DNA of 64,000 nt. Source: Alphaproteobacteria bacterium. GTDB taxonomy: Bacteria > Pseudomonadota > Alphaproteobacteria > G965222575. Under the pieces are notes generated by a model. It did not search any database. It worked only from the letters and a program-made list of their open reading frames with translations, and had not been told where the DNA came from. Of the stretch, positions 1-9,589 are shown in pieces (within the stretch, counting starts at the first letter, position 1; each line of letters opens with the position of its first letter). Both the position numbers and the translations under genes were made by a program. The stretch spans positions 576,001-640,000 of the forward strand of contig OZ244958.1 in NCBI GenBank assembly GCA_965222575.1, given 5' to 3'.

Positions 1-31
1 CTCCAACATACACACTCTCACTCAACTTGAT

Positions 32-769
32 TTATTGAAAGAATTTGTAGCCTTTTTGCTCTAATTCCACCGCTAGAGTCTTATCGCCAGAGCGTATAAT
101 TTTCCCCTCCATCATCAGGTGTACTCTATCCGGGACAATATGTTCCAAAAGCCTTTGGTAATGGGTGATAATCAAAACAGTCCGCTCCTTATTGGCAAAT
201 GTCCTAATCCCCCGTGCTACATGTTTCAACGCATCAATATCAAGACCGCTATCAGTCTCATCCAATAACGCCATAGAAGGCTCTAAGGCTAACATTTGCA
301 ACATTTCCATCCGTTTTTTTTCCCCTCCTGAAAATCCAACATTCAGGGGGCGATTTAAGAAATCATGGGAACAGCCCAAACTGGTAGCTGCCGCTTTGAC
401 GCGCCTTAAAATTTCCCCGCTATCTTCAGGAGGCTTCCCTTGCTGTTTGCGCAAGGCGTTAATGGCTGTGCGTAAAAACGAAAGTGTGTTCACTCCCGGC
501 ACTTCCGTGGGATACTGAAACGCCATGAACACACCGCAACCAGCCCGCACATGGGGCGCCATCTCCAACAAATTCTCCCCTTCATAGAGAATCTCACCCC
601 CTACTACTTCATATTCCTCCCGCCCAGCTATCACATTGCAAAGTGTACTCTTCCCTGAGCCATTCATCCCCATAATAGCCTGTACTGTGCCTTTCTCAAC
701 TGTCAAAGACAGCTCCTTGAGTATCACTTTGTCTGCTATGGAAACTGTTAAATTTCGTATCTCAAGCAT
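32..769 (-). CDS. sufC: Fe-S cluster assembly ABC ATPase SufC
   Basis: Walker A GMNGSGKST, FSGGEKKR signature and LDETDSGLDIDA; directly downstream of sufB. Confidence 0.96.
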   Translation of the reverse strand: MLEIRNLTVSIADKVILKELSLTVEKGTVQAIMGMNGSGKSTLCNVIAGREEYEVVGGEILYEGENLLEMAPHVRAGCGVFMAFQYPTEVPGVNTLSFLRTAINALRKQQGKPPEDSGEILRRVKAAATSLGCSHDFLNRPLNVGFSGGEKKRMEMLQMLALEPSMALLDETDSGLDIDALKHVARGIRTFANKERTVLIITHYQRLLEHIVPDRVHLMMEGKIIRSGDKTLAVELEQKGYKFFQ

Positions 770-793
770 GGGGTCTCTGTGGTGGGTTTTTCC

Positions 794-2266
794 TTATCCG
801 ACGCTTCCCTCTAAAGAGAGTGCCAAGAGCTTATGGGCTTCCACGGCAAACTCCATGGGAAGCTTTTGTAGCACATCACGGCAAAAGCCGTTGACAACGA
901 GTGCGATGGCTTCCTCTGTTTCCATCCCGCGTTGTGCGCAATAAAACAGCTGGTCTTCATTAATCTTCTCTGTGGACGCTTCATGTTCCACAGTGGTAGA
1001 ATCATTTAAGACCTCAATATACGGGACTGTGTTGGAGATAGCCTTAGGTCCAATGAGCAGGGAATCGCATTGTGTGTAATTACGCCCGTGTAAGGCTTTA
1101 GGGGCGATGCGCACGCGCCCTCTGTAGACATTCACAGACTCCCCTGCTGCTATCCCTTTTGAAATGATTGTAGAAGAGGTTTTTTCTCCTAAGTGTATCA
1201 TTTTAGTCCCTGTGTCTGCTTGTTGGTGGTTGTTGGTAATGGCAACGGAATAAAATGACCCGGTGGATTCAGCGCCCTGTAAGATACAGCTCGGGTATTT
1301 CCAAGTAATAGCAGCTCCAGTTTCAATCTGTGTCCAAGAGATTTTAGAGGCTCTCCCTTTACAAAGCCCGCGCTTAGTTACGAAGTTATAAATTCCTCCT
1401 TTTCCGTTCTTATCGCCGGGATACCAGTTCTGAATGGTGGAATACTTGATTTCTGCTCCTTCTAGGGCGATAAGTTCTACCACTGCTGCATGAAGCTGGT
1501 TTTCATCTCGCATGGGGGCTGTACACCCTTCTAAGTAACTCACATGAGCTCCTTCCTCTGCTATAATCAGTGTGCGTTCAAATTGCCCTGTGTTGGCGGA
1601 ATTGATACGAAAATAGGTGGAGAGTTCAAGGGGACAGCGCACGCCTTTGGGAATATAGACAAAGGAGCCGTCAGTGAACACAGCGGAATTGAGCGTTGCA
1701 AAGGCATTATCCGTATAGGGGACTACAGACCCAATATAACGCTTAACGAGGTCAGGGTGTTCTTTAACAGCGTCGGAAAAGGAACAAAAAATAATCCCCA
1801 TCTTGGAGAGTTTTTCTTTATAGGTCGTTGCAACGGAGACAGAGTCGAACACAGCATCTACCGCAACGCCCGCGAGCCATTTTTGCTCCTTGAGGGAAAT
1901 ACCAAGCTTTTCATAGGTTTTCAAAATCTCAGGGTCTACTTCCTCTAAGCTCTTGAGTTTCTTCTTAGGCTTAGGTTCAGCGTAATAATACGCCTCCTGA
2001 AAATCCATAGGAGGAAACTTAAGATAAGACCATGCCGGCATTTTCTGTGGATTCCGTTCAAGGGTTTTCCATACTTCATAGGCGCGAAGACGCCACTTAA
2101 GCATCCAGTCTGGCTCCTGCTTGTGTTGACTGATGAAGTGTATGGTTTGTTCATTGAGTCCTTTAGGGGCTCTGATGGAGTCTATATCCGTCACGAAGCC
2201 AAACTTGTAATCGGCTAGGGTCTGAACTTGGGCCTTTGTGTCTTCAGAAATTAGTGCGTTTGCCAT
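794..2266 (-). CDS. sufB: Fe-S cluster assembly protein SufB (start refined to ATG 2266)
   Basis: [38 protein letters not shown] and C-terminal LSLEGSVG motifs. Confidence 0.97.
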   Translation of the reverse strand: MANALISEDTKAQVQTLADYKFGFVTDIDSIRAPKGLNEQTIHFISQHKQEPDWMLKWRLRAYEVWKTLERNPQKMPAWSYLKFPPMDFQEAYYYAEPKPKKKLKSLEEVDPEILKTYEKLGISLKEQKWLAGVAVDAVFDSVSVATTYKEKLSKMGIIFCSFSDAVKEHPDLVKRYIGSVVPYTDNAFATLNSAVFTDGSFVYIPKGVRCPLELSTYFRINSANTGQFERTLIIAEEGAHVSYLEGCTAPMRDENQLHAAVVELIALEGAEIKYSTIQNWYPGDKNGKGGIYNFVTKRGLCKGRASKISWTQIETGAAITWKYPSCILQGAESTGSFYSVAITNNHQQADTGTKMIHLGEKTSSTIISKGIAAGESVNVYRGRVRIAPKALHGRNYTQCDSLLIGPKAISNTVPYIEVLNDSTTVEHEASTEKINEDQLFYCAQRGMETEEAIALVVNGFCRDVLQKLPMEFAVEAHKLLALSLEGSVG

Positions 2267-2429
2267 GGGGCCTCTTGTGATGGTGGTGGTGTTACTCTCT
2301 AACTCATTATAGCATAATGACTCAAGGTTTATAACCATAGCAAAGTTTTTCTTTTACTCGGGAGATTTTTTATGCGCAGCGAGAGGGTTTTCTTTAATTG
2401 TCTCTGACTAGTGTGCCTGAGGAGAGGTC

Positions 2430-2458
2430 TTGACTTGCCAGATGAGTTTAGGTATTGT
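2430..2458 (+). promoter_or_regulatory. Putative sigma70 promoter of the ankyrin array
   Basis: TTGACT-N17-TATTGT upstream of ATG 2494. Confidence 0.45.
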
Positions 2459-2493
2459 GATGAGGTGTTGATTATGAGAGGGAGGCGGGAAAA

Positions 2494-3870
2494 ATGGTAT
2501 ATAGTTTGATGAGGATTATCCTCCTAGTAATGGTTGTTCTGTCTATTGGGTCGGCTGGGGCGGCGGAGATACATGATGCGGCGCGGCTAGGGGATCTTAA
2601 TGTGATAAAAGCGTTGATTGATAGGGGCAGTAATATCAATGTTCAGGATATAGATAAGCGTACGCCGCTTCACTGGGCGGTTTATTCTGGCCATATTGAG
2701 GTGGTGAAGTTTTTGTTGGGGAAAGGGGCAAAGCTGGATATTGTGGATAGGGAGAAATGGTCTCCGCTTCATTTAGCGGTAGAGCTGGGGCATGAAGAGA
2801 TTATGAAGTTGCTGTTGGTGCGCAAGGCGAAAGTGACTTTGAAAGACTATCGTGGTATGTTACCGCTTCATGTAGCGGCTCTAAAGGGGAATATTGTAGC
2901 GGTGAAGCTTTTATTGGAGCAAGATGCGAAGGTGTTGCAGTCTAAGGGTCAAAATGGGTTAACGCCGCTTCATTTTGCGGCAGAAGCGGGTCATTTTGAG
3001 GTGGTGAAGTTTTTATTGGGGAAAGGGGCGCTTGTGCGGTCTAAAGATAAAAATGCGTCAACGCCGCTTCACTATGCGTCTTATTTTGGTCATACTGAGG
3101 TGGTGAAGATTTTTTTGGAGAAAGGCATTAGTAGCAATGTGCGCAATAATCGAGATTGGACGCCGCTTCATTTTGCAGCGGAGAAGGGGTCTGTGGAGGT
3201 TGTGAATCTTCTTCTAAAAAATGGGGCGGATATTTATGCGAAAGCAAGAAAAGAGATGCCTTCTGTGGAGTCTGGGAAGCCTGGGGAGTTTTTAGGGGGT
3301 GTAACGCCGCTTCATTTTGCGGCTTATAATGGTCATATAGGGGTTGTGAAGATTTTGCTTACTAAGGGGGCGGAAGTGAATGCGCGTGCTTTGGATGGGA
3401 CGATGCCGCTTCATTTTGCAGTGGAGAAGGGTCATGGGGCGCTCGGGAAGATTCTGATTGACTCGGGGGCGGATATTTATTCTAAGGGTGGCAAGCGGAA
3501 GTTATCGCCTATTTTTTATGCGGCTGAGCAAGGGTATAGCAATGTTCTGAAGGTATTGCTTGAGGCGGGGGCGGAGGTGAATGAGAAGGGGGAATTCGGT
3601 GTAACGCCGCTTCATCAGGTTGCTTTTTCTGGGAATCTTGGGTCTGTGAAGTTGCTGATTGAGAAGGGGGCAGATATAGGGGCGCGGACGAAATCTGGGG
3701 AAACGCCTCTCCATGTTGCTGCTGCTGAGGGGCATTTTGGGGTGGTGAAATTCCTTCTTGACAAAGGGGCGGATCGCAAGGTGAGAAACAACACTGGTGC
3801 GACTCCTCTGAGTGTTGCGAAGAAACTGGGACATCAGGGTATTGTCAAGATGCTTGAGAGTGCGAAATAG
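2494..3870 (+). CDS. Secreted ankyrin-repeat protein (array gene 1, ~12 repeats)
   Basis: Signal peptide MRIILLVMVVLSIGSAGA; repeated TPLHxAAxxGHxxVVxxLLxxGA. Confidence 0.95.
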   Translation: MVYSLMRIILLVMVVLSIGSAGAAEIHDAARLGDLNVIKALIDRGSNINVQDIDKRTPLHWAVYSGHIEVVKFLLGKGAKLDIVDREKWSPLHLAVELGHEEIMKLLLVRKAKVTLKDYRGMLPLHVAALKGNIVAVKLLLEQDAKVLQSKGQNGLTPLHFAAEAGHFEVVKFLLGKGALVRSKDKNASTPLHYASYFGHTEVVKIFLEKGISSNVRNNRDWTPLHFAAEKGSVEVVNLLLKNGADIYAKARKEMPSVESGKPGEFLGGVTPLHFAAYNGHIGVVKILLTKGAEVNARALDGTMPLHFAVEKGHGALGKILIDSGADIYSKGGKRKLSPIFYAAEQGYSNVLKVLLEAGAEVNEKGEFGVTPLHQVAFSGNLGSVKLLIEKGADIGARTKSGETPLHVAAAEGHFGVVKFLLDKGADRKVRNNTGATPLSVAKKLGHQGIVKMLESAK

Positions 3871-3971
3871 TGAGAATCTCTGTGAGTTTTGTCTTGTTCT
3901 TAGAATAGATGCGTGCGTGCGTGGGGGTTAGAAAGATTAGGAAAAATCAGGGATGGTAATGGGAAGTTGAG

Positions 3972-4988
3972 ATGAGAGTGTTAAAAAGTGCGCTTTTTGT
4001 GTTGGTGGTTCTTTTTGGAAGGGGACAAGGGGGAGAGCTTCATGAGGTGGTGAAATCGGGAGATAGAGAAGCTCTCTTACGGTTGATTTCCAAGGGGGTA
4101 GCGATTAATGAGAGAGATGAAAATGGATTAACGCCGCTTCATTGGGCTATTTATGAGGGGGACGAGGCATTCATTCAAGAGTTAATTAAGGCTGGCGCCA
4201 CTGTTAATATGAGTGGCAAGGATGGTAGCACGCCCCTTCATGTAGCGGTTTTCTATCAACGTGTGGGAGAGGCAAGGCTTCTGATTAAGGCGGGGGCGCG
4301 GGTTAACGTGAGGGATCAGTCTGGCCTAACGCCGCTTCATCATGCGAGTAATGAGGAGATTGTGCGCCTTCTTATTGGTAAGGGAGCGGCGGTTGGGGCG
4401 TTGGATAAGGACAGTGTTACCCCTCTTCATATGGCTGCTAAGGGGGGTCGTGCGGGGGTGGCTAAGAGTCTGCTTGAGGGGCAGGCTAAAGTTGATGCCT
4501 TGGAGAAGAGCAAAAGGACACCGCTTCATGTGGCGGCGTATTATGGTCATAGAGGGGTTGTGGAGGTGTTGCTTAAGGCGCGTGCCAATGTTAATGCTGT
4601 GGAGATGAACTATAGGACGCCACTGTATTGGGCTGTGCTGAACGGCCATGTTGCTGTTGTGAAAATGCTCCTTGAGTCGGGGGCGAAAGTTAAGCTAGCC
4701 GATAGGGAGAAGCGTACGCCGCTTCATGGGGCGGCCTTTTCTGGCAACGTTGGGTCTGTGAAGTTGCTGCTTGAGGCGGGGGCTGATTTGGGGGCGCGGA
4801 CGAAAACTGGGGAAACGCCTCTCTATGCCGCTGTTGCTGGGGGGCATTTTGGGGTGGTGAAATTCCTTCTTGAAAAAGGGGCAGACCGCAAGGTGAAAAA
4901 CAACAAGGGTGTTACCCCTCTGATTGTTGCGAGGAAACTGGGACATCAGGGCATTATCAAGATGCTTGAACAGACGAAGACGAAATAG
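3972..4988 (+). CDS. Secreted ankyrin-repeat protein (array gene 2, chimeric)
   Basis: Signal peptide MRVLKSALFVLVVLFGRGQG; about nine ankyrin repeats. Confidence 0.95.
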   Translation: MRVLKSALFVLVVLFGRGQGGELHEVVKSGDREALLRLISKGVAINERDENGLTPLHWAIYEGDEAFIQELIKAGATVNMSGKDGSTPLHVAVFYQRVGEARLLIKAGARVNVRDQSGLTPLHHASNEEIVRLLIGKGAAVGALDKDSVTPLHMAAKGGRAGVAKSLLEGQAKVDALEKSKRTPLHVAAYYGHRGVVEVLLKARANVNAVEMNYRTPLYWAVLNGHVAVVKMLLESGAKVKLADREKRTPLHGAAFSGNVGSVKLLLEAGADLGARTKTGETPLYAAVAGGHFGVVKFLLEKGADRKVKNNKGVTPLIVARKLGHQGIIKMLEQTKTK

Positions 4989-5037
4989 TGAGAATCTCAT
5001 AAGGATTAAGAAAATTAGGGAGGGTTGGGATAAGGAA

Positions 5038-6051
5038 ATGAGAGTGTTAAAAAGTGCGCTTATGGCGTTGGTGGTTCTTTTCGGAGAGGGACAAGGGGGA
5101 GAGATTCATGAGGTGGTGAAAGCGGGAGATAGAGAAGCTCTTGTGCGGTTGATTGGGAAGGGTGGGGCAGCGATAAATGAGAGAGATGACAAGGGATTAA
5201 CGCCGCTTCATTGGGCTGTTTATGAGGGGGAAGAGGCATTGGTTCAAGAGTTAATTAAGGCTGGCGCCGTGGTTGATGTGAGCAGCAAGGATGGGAGCAC
5301 GCCCCTTCATATAGCGGTTATCTATCAACGTGTGGGAGAGGTAAAGCTTCTGCTTGAGGCGGGGGCGGCGGTTGACATGAGGGACCAGTATGGCGTAACG
5401 CCGCTTCATCATGCGAGTAATGAGAAGATTGTGCATCTTCTTCTTGGTAAGGGAGCGGATGTTGGGGCTTTAGATAAGGACAATGTTACCCCTCTTTATA
5501 TAGCTGCTAAGAAGGGTCATGTGGTGGTGGCTAGGAGTCTGCTTGAGGGGCAGGCTGAAGTTGATGTTTTGGAGAAGGGCAAGAAAACGCCGCTTCATGT
5601 GGCAGCGTATTATGGTCATGGAGGGGTGGTGGAGGTGTTGCTTAAGGCGCGTGCCAATGTGAATGCTGTGGAGATAAACGATAGGACGCCCCTGTATTGG
5701 GCTGTGCAGAATGGCCATGTTGCTGTTGTGAGAATGCTCCTTGAGGCGGGGGCGAAAGTTAAGATACAGGACAAGACTAAGCGTACGCCGCTTCATGTGG
5801 CTTCTCGGGAAGGATATGCCGAAATTGTCAAAATCCTTCTTAGTAAGGGGGCAGATATCAATGCAAGAGACAGACTAGGGAATACCCCTCTTCACGAGGC
5901 TGTTTACAAAGAAAAGGTCGGCGTGGTGAAAGAACTCTTAGGAGCAGGGGTTAATCACAAGATAAAAAATGAGGGGGGCGTAACGCCTCTTGATATGGCG
6001 AAAAGAGGGAGATATCTTCAACTTATCAGAATGCTTGAAAGCAAGAAGTAA
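5038..6051 (+). CDS. Secreted ankyrin-repeat protein (array gene 3; start refined to ATG 5038)
   Basis: MRVLKSALMALVVLFGEGQG is near-identical to the gene 2 N-terminus; ankyrin repeats. Confidence 0.95.
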   Translation: MRVLKSALMALVVLFGEGQGGEIHEVVKAGDREALVRLIGKGGAAINERDDKGLTPLHWAVYEGEEALVQELIKAGAVVDVSSKDGSTPLHIAVIYQRVGEVKLLLEAGAAVDMRDQYGVTPLHHASNEKIVHLLLGKGADVGALDKDNVTPLYIAAKKGHVVVARSLLEGQAEVDVLEKGKKTPLHVAAYYGHGGVVEVLLKARANVNAVEINDRTPLYWAVQNGHVAVVRMLLEAGAKVKIQDKTKRTPLHVASREGYAEIVKILLSKGADINARDRLGNTPLHEAVYKEKVGVVKELLGAGVNHKIKNEGGVTPLDMAKRGRYLQLIRMLESKK

Positions 6052-6164
6052 GGCAACTCTCCTTGCATTAAGAGAGAGTGCTACTTGATGGGCTAGTGCG
6101 TGCGTGCCTTCCGTTCGGTCTTTGCGTAATGCCCTCCTTTCAGGGGATGGGGGTCTAGGGGACA

Positions 6165-6193
6165 TTGACACGCTATTGGTTTTGGTGTATCCT
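6165..6193 (+). promoter_or_regulatory. Putative sigma70 promoter for ankyrin gene 4
   Basis: TTGACA-N17-TATCCT. Confidence 0.55.
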
Positions 6194-6229
6194 TATAGGG
6201 TTAGAGTCATCAGGCAGAGGGACAGGGTT

Positions 6230-7069
6230 GTGAAGTCTTTGAAAGTTGGGGTGTGTCTTGTGATGAGTCTCCCTTTTTTAGGGAGTGCGTCATTGCTTCA
6301 TAATTTAGCAATGATGGGCTCTTCTAGTTTAGTTGCTAAGAGCATTGAGCGTGGTGGGGATGTGAATGCTTTGGATACGCGGGGTAAGATTCCGCTTCAT
6401 TATGCTGCGTTGGGGGGGCATGAGCAGATTGTAAGGATGCTGATTGTTGCGGGGTCTCGGGTGAATATGCAGGACGAAGAGAAGATAGCGCCGCTTCATG
6501 AGGCGGCTTCTAGAGGGCATGAGAAGGTTGTGAAACAACTGTTGGCGTCGGGTGCTGAGGTTAATATTCAAGATGCGAGCTTAAGGACTCCTCTGTTTTT
6601 AGCAGCTTGGGGGGATCATGTAGAGGTTTTGAAGCTACTTATCAAAGCCGGTGGAAACGTAAATGCTAAAGATAGAGGCGGTGATTCGCCGTTGCATGGG
6701 GCGTCTAAACATAAGAGTGGGAAAGCCTTTAAGATTCTCGTGGGCAAGAGGGCGCGTGTTAAGGGTGTGAACAACGCTTTGTGGACGCCGTTGCATGTGG
6801 TGGCTAAGAGTGGCTCAGGAGAGATGGCAAACCTCCTGTTGGATAAGGGGGCGGTGATTGATGCGCGCACAGACAGAGATCGCATGACTCCGCTACATTT
6901 AGCTTGTGGACATGGGAATATTCCGGTGTTAAAGGTCTTGTTGGCAAGAGGGGCAAAGATTGAGCTTGTGGATAAATCGGGCATGGATGCTCTTGCTGTT
7001 GCGCACAAAATGAAACAGAAAGAGGTTATCAAGATATTGGAGCAGATATTAAGTAAGAGCAGATATTAA
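6230..7069 (+). CDS. Secreted ankyrin-repeat protein (array gene 4; probable GTG start at 6230)
   Basis: Hydrophobic N-terminus KSLKVGVCLVMSLPFLGSAS followed by ankyrin repeats. Confidence 0.92.
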   Translation: MKSLKVGVCLVMSLPFLGSASLLHNLAMMGSSSLVAKSIERGGDVNALDTRGKIPLHYAALGGHEQIVRMLIVAGSRVNMQDEEKIAPLHEAASRGHEKVVKQLLASGAEVNIQDASLRTPLFLAAWGDHVEVLKLLIKAGGNVNAKDRGGDSPLHGASKHKSGKAFKILVGKRARVKGVNNALWTPLHVVAKSGSGEMANLLLDKGAVIDARTDRDRMTPLHLACGHGNIPVLKVLLARGAKIELVDKSGMDALAVAHKMKQKEVIKILEQILSKSRY

Positions 7070-7096
7070 GTTAAATGAGGGCTCTTTAACTCTTTC

Positions 7097-8305
7097 ATGC
7101 TTGACAATTTTTTATTATCTTTTAGGCGGGGGGTGAGTCAGCAGGCGGGGCGACGAAGCAGTAGGAGAAGGACGCGCGGATTAGTGGGTGCGTTGTTGGT
7201 GTTGGTTTCAGTTGTTTTCGTGTTTTCTTTAGAGGCGGCTTGGCACTTAGAGGCGGATTGGCATCGTGCGGCAAAGAGTGGGGATGTAGAGACGATTAAA
7301 GAGTTGCTCACTGGTGGGGATAGAGAGGAGATTGATGAGAAGGATGAGGATAGCATGACGCCGCTTCATTGGGCGTCTATTTTTGGTCATGTGGAGGTAG
7401 TGGAGCTTCTGTTGTCTGCTGGGGCGGAGATTAATATACGTGGTGGTGAGCAGGGCTGGCGGCCGATTCATGTAGCGGGAACGCGGGAGGTGATAGAGGT
7501 CTTAAAGGGGCGGGGTGCGAATTTGCAGGTTAAGGATGATATGGGGTGGAGTCCGCTTCATTTTGCTATTTTTAGGGGTACGAAGGAGCAGGTGCGTGCG
7601 CTTTTGGAGGCGGGTGCTGTGGTGGAAGCTGTGGATGATAAGGGCATGACGCCGCTTCATTTGGCAGTTTTTTATGAACAGGAGGGGTTGGTGGGTGTAT
7701 TGTTGGAGGCGGGTGCGGAGGTTGATGCGCGTGATGATGAAGAGAGGGTGCCGCTTCATTATGTGAAGACGGTAGGTATTGTGTCGTTATTGTTGGAGGG
7801 GGGTACTGAGGTTGATGTTCGGAGTTACAGCGGTTCCACGCCGCTTCATGAAGCGGCGAATCAGGGGGCATTGTGGGTAGTGCGTGCGCTTTTGGAAGCG
7901 GGTGCGCAGGTCAATGCGCGCCTGACGACGGAGAGGACGCCGCTTCACTTTGCTGCTCGTATGGGGCATGTGGAAGTTCTCAATGTGTTGCTTGAAGCGG
8001 GGGCGAACGGTATTGCTAGGGGGGGAAAACATGGGACAACCCCTCTTCATGAAGCGGCAGAAGCGGGGCAAGTGTGGACAGTCAAGGCGTTGCTTGAGGC
8101 GGGGGTAGCAGTGGATGTGAAAGACAAACGCGGTTCCACGCCGCTTCATTGGGCAGTGAGAAAAGAAAGGGCAGAGGTGTGTCAAGCCCTTGCTAGCGGG
8201 GGGGCTAATTTTAACGTTGCTAACTATCAAGGCGACACCCCTCTTGATATTGCGCATGAAATAGGGCGTAGCGATTTGATAGAAGAGATGGAAAGTGGAC
8301 AGTGA
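7097..8305 (+). CDS. Secreted ankyrin-repeat protein (array gene 5; true start may be later)
   Basis: Arg-rich n-region, hydrophobic LVGALLVLVSVVFVFSLEA, about ten ankyrin repeats. Confidence 0.93.
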   Translation: MLDNFLLSFRRGVSQQAGRRSSRRRTRGLVGALLVLVSVVFVFSLEAAWHLEADWHRAAKSGDVETIKELLTGGDREEIDEKDEDSMTPLHWASIFGHVEVVELLLSAGAEINIRGGEQGWRPIHVAGTREVIEVLKGRGANLQVKDDMGWSPLHFAIFRGTKEQVRALLEAGAVVEAVDDKGMTPLHLAVFYEQEGLVGVLLEAGAEVDARDDEERVPLHYVKTVGIVSLLLEGGTEVDVRSYSGSTPLHEAANQGALWVVRALLEAGAQVNARLTTERTPLHFAARMGHVEVLNVLLEAGANGIARGGKHGTTPLHEAAEAGQVWTVKALLEAGVAVDVKDKRGSTPLHWAVRKERAEVCQALASGGANFNVANYQGDTPLDIAHEIGRSDLIEEMESGQ

Positions 8306-8358
8306 AGCAAGGGGTTTTTCTGAGTGAGAAGAGGTGAAAGGATAATAGTGGAAAAGAC

Positions 8359-8979
8359 ATGAGGAAAGGGTGTTGTGCGTTATTGTTAGTGGTGTTGGTT
8401 TCTTTTGGGACGCTACAAGCGACAACGGAGCTTCATTTCGCTGCGCGTGCGGGGGATGTTAGGGCTATTGAGCGGTTGCTAGCAGAGGGGGCTTATATTT
8501 ATGCTGAGGATAGAGAGGGGAAGAGGGCGCTTCATGAGGCGACGACTAAGGAAGTAGTAAGGGTACTGATTAGGGCTGGTGGGGAAGTTCATGGTCAGGA
8601 TAAGAGGGGGTGGATGCCGCTTCATTGGGCGGTGAAGAGGGGCAATTTGGAGGTAGTGAAAGCGTTGATATTAGCTGGGGCTTCTGTGAATGGTGAAGGC
8701 AACTTAAAATCGATACCTCTTCATATTGCGGCTTGGTATGGGCATGAGAAGATTGTGGAGATGCTGTTAAATGCGAGGTCTAAAATCAACGTTCAAGAGT
8801 CTCAGGGACAAACCCCTCTTCATTATGCTGTGATGCAGGGGAAGGGGAGGGTTGCTGAGATGCTGATAACGGCAGGGGGGTATAGTGGGATTCGCAATGA
8901 AGAAGGGATGACTCCCCTTGATATGGCAAAAAAGATGCGGTGGGGAGATCTAGTGAGAAAGCTTGAAAAGGGGCGCTAA
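8359..8979 (+). CDS. Secreted ankyrin-repeat protein (array gene 6)
   Basis: Signal peptide MRKGCCALLLVVLVSFGTLQA; about five ankyrin repeats. Confidence 0.93.
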   Translation: MRKGCCALLLVVLVSFGTLQATTELHFAARAGDVRAIERLLAEGAYIYAEDREGKRALHEATTKEVVRVLIRAGGEVHGQDKRGWMPLHWAVKRGNLEVVKALILAGASVNGEGNLKSIPLHIAAWYGHEKIVEMLLNARSKINVQESQGQTPLHYAVMQGKGRVAEMLITAGGYSGIRNEEGMTPLDMAKKMRWGDLVRKLEKGR

Positions 8980-9197
8980 TCTCGGCAAAGATATGGGGCT
9001 AGCAGAGTCCGGGACACGGGATAGCGGCTACTAGTAAGATAGTAAGAGTAGTGACTTATTGGAGAAAATGTGTCAAGAGGCATCAATTTTAAGGATGGGT
9101 TGAGGCTTTGTGGGGACACAACCTGTACTCTGTACTCTGTATCCTGTTGAGTTTCAGTATTGTGAGTGGGAATTGAGCGTTTTAGTGGTTTTGGGCT

Positions 9198-9494
9198 CTA
9201 TTCTTCAACTTTCTGGTATCCTTGTGCGCGATAGTGTTTGTCTAAAAATTCTCTGATGGAGAGTAAGAGATAAGTGTGAAGGCATAAAATAATTATCATG
9301 AGGATGACAACGGAGCGTACAATAAAGCTAGCCCCTAAGACACATAGCATAAAAATTGCGCCCTGCTTCCAGAGTCCTTTATAAAAGAGGTAAAAGACTC
9401 CAAATAAGAAGAGATACCAATAGACTAAAAGTGTGACTTCTTTTCTATCGCCTGTTTCAGGTTGTTCATAGACGACTTTGGAAAAATCTAACAT
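9198..9494 (-). CDS. Small membrane protein, DUF2628-like
   Basis: W-x-x-FLFGxFYLFYKGLW, two hydrophobic helices and a C-terminal Y...GY motif. Confidence 0.6.
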   Translation of the reverse strand: MLDFSKVVYEQPETGDRKEVTLLVYWYLFLFGVFYLFYKGLWKQGAIFMLCVLGASFIVRSVVILMIIILCLHTYLLLSIREFLDKHYRAQGYQKVEE

Positions 9495-9589
9495 TGTCTT
9501 TACTTTGAGCGCTATAAAAAGGATTTTATCATAAAAACCTCATGTTATCATCAGCATTTTTTTGGTGTAGTGGGAAAAAGAGCCTGCTT

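Noticed and set aside
7097-7230. Tat signal in ankyrin gene 5 (SRRRTRG)
   Set aside because: Lacks the RRxFL consensus, and the start codon is uncertain
2587-8425. Minus-strand ORFs with recurring MKRR motifs
   Set aside because: They are the antisense reading of the conserved ACGCCGCTTCAT ankyrin codons
9123-9146. CTGTACT short tandem repeat
   Set aside because: About three copies of 7 bp in an intergenic region, with no functional clue
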